NCBI GenBank assembly: GCA_965655095.1
Contig: OZ296654.1
Span: 94,054,001-94,118,000 of the forward strand
DNA length: 64,000 nt
Origin: Haplodiscus bocki
Taxonomy: Eukaryota
Direction of reading: 5' to 3'
Below, in pieces: positions 62,601 to 64,000 of the stretch; positions within the stretch are counted from its first letter, which is position 1; the number at the start of each line of letters is the position of its first letter. The position numbers and the translations under genes are program-made. A model generated the notes under the pieces. It did not search any database. It was not told the DNA's origin and saw only the letters and a program-made list of their open reading frames with translations.

Positions 62601-64000
62601 CCTGGAATCAAGCTCTTCATTTGATTCGAAGTCTGCATGGGGATAACAAGAAGATATGATTCTATCCAAGACCACTTTCTGTTGCAGTCAGAAAAACTTT
62701 TTGCTGGGTTCTTGCGAAACAAGTTTGAAATTCCAGCATTCTGCTTCTTTTTTGAAGACGTCTAGTCAAAATTTAGTCCTTCATCCCAGAAATTGAGACT
62801 AGCTCTCATTCAGTCACTCACAGGCTAGAGGTTCGGTAGTAACTTGGATGTAGCTCCGTGTTACTCGGAGGACTAATTTCTATTTTATTCCGGAAAAATC
62901 GAGAACTGTCTTTGGAAAAATAAGACGCTTTCACTTGCAGCTTCCGTCACTTCAACTTTTTCTGTGGCTACTGGTTGGATTGTGTCTATATAGCAAAGAT
63001 TACACTACTCATGGCGCAGAACTTCTGGGAGCTCGCCGAATGATCTGATTGTGGAAAACTTTTACAGGTTAATGAAAAATCGAAGATGTTTTTACTTCCG
63101 TAGTTCACGAAAATAGTTTTTCTCAATTAAAAGCGGTTGACACTCTCCAACTTCGGCTCAGTCAAGTGTTTGCAATCTTTAACTTCTGCTGGAGAACGAT
63201 CTTTTCAAAAATTATTCAAGAGAAATGGCTTTTGTGAGAAATCAAAGGTGTTTTCTCTCGCGTCGATCATTGAATGTGTTACTTTGACGATCATTTGTTC
63301 AATTGCGTTCATCTATTGTTAATTCGATTTCTCATTGCATGGGAGATCTGCGAAGTAACCGAGGCAGCACACTGTGTAGTTTTCTACCCAATATCTCCAT
63401 TTTCAAGTGGAAAAGATAAGTAGTTGCATGATTATTGGCCAGATTGCGGCCACCCAGCGCCCAATCGACTCCAGTTGCTCACGGAGAACATGAGAGATTG
63501 TGTGCTATCTGTAGTTTTTCGCAGGCAATTTTTCTCGACAGTAAACAATTGCAGTTTTCTGAGGTACCCCCACAGCTTTCGTACAGAAAACTTGTTGCTC
63601 TGTGCCAGTTTTATTCAGCTCACAACGCTGTTATTGGCGCGACTGCGATTCAGTTCTGTTCTTTTGCATTTCAGCAGCACCATGGTTTTAGGTCACATAA
63701 AATCTGATTCATTCGTCTGTGATGGTGTAATGCAAAGAGTGACTCCTGCGAGATATTGTCAATTCAAATCCATGTTTGGTTGTTTTTTCGGTATTTCAAA
63801 ACCTCTTTTCTGTATAAATTAGTTTTGCAAGTGTTTGTGAAGCGCAGCTTGACGTCTGTGTCTATCTAGGTACAGACCCAACGTCGAGAGATAGATTTTC
63901 AGTGCTGGATCATTGGCCTATAAACGTAGTAGTGGTGACTTGCATGTAATAGTTGGTGAATGCCACGCAACGCAAATTAGCAGGTGATTCTAAAGTATAT

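Noticed and set aside
54700-64000. First coding exon of the RBM45-like gene (for example SQKYGTVM near 61700)
   Set aside because: In-frame stop just upstream and no RNP2-like motif; the exon is probably outside the window or unrecognisable.

Overview
AT-rich, transposon-laden eukaryotic (animal-like) DNA with one 146-N gap; the organism cannot be determined from the sequence. All recognisable host genes are on the minus strand: EMC1 (5' part), an intronless Lys-rich protein with a C-terminal L7Ae domain, a histone-H1-tail-like repeat protein, a small basic ORF, an L7Ae-domain pseudogene, and an RBM45-like multi-RRM gene. Between them lie decayed mobile elements: Penelope-like, RTE and other LINEs, Maverick-like, Ty3/gypsy-like, an internally deleted hAT with intact TIRs and 8-bp TSD, and dispersed non-autonomous repeats. 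Main signal: three of the four complete introns I can define carry the same inverted repeat at their ends (AGTGATG...CATCACT, 9-10 bp perfect stems). In EMC1 this element sits between exact 8-bp direct repeats (ACAGGTAC) that supply both the GT and the AG. This suggests a family of introns created by hAT-type transposons whose TIRs persist as splice-site-bridging stems, including one candidate GA-AG intron. In contrast, pyrimidine-rich TTCAG acceptors lie just upstream of four start codons (possible SL trans-splicing). All homology calls are from motif recognition by eye, not database searches.
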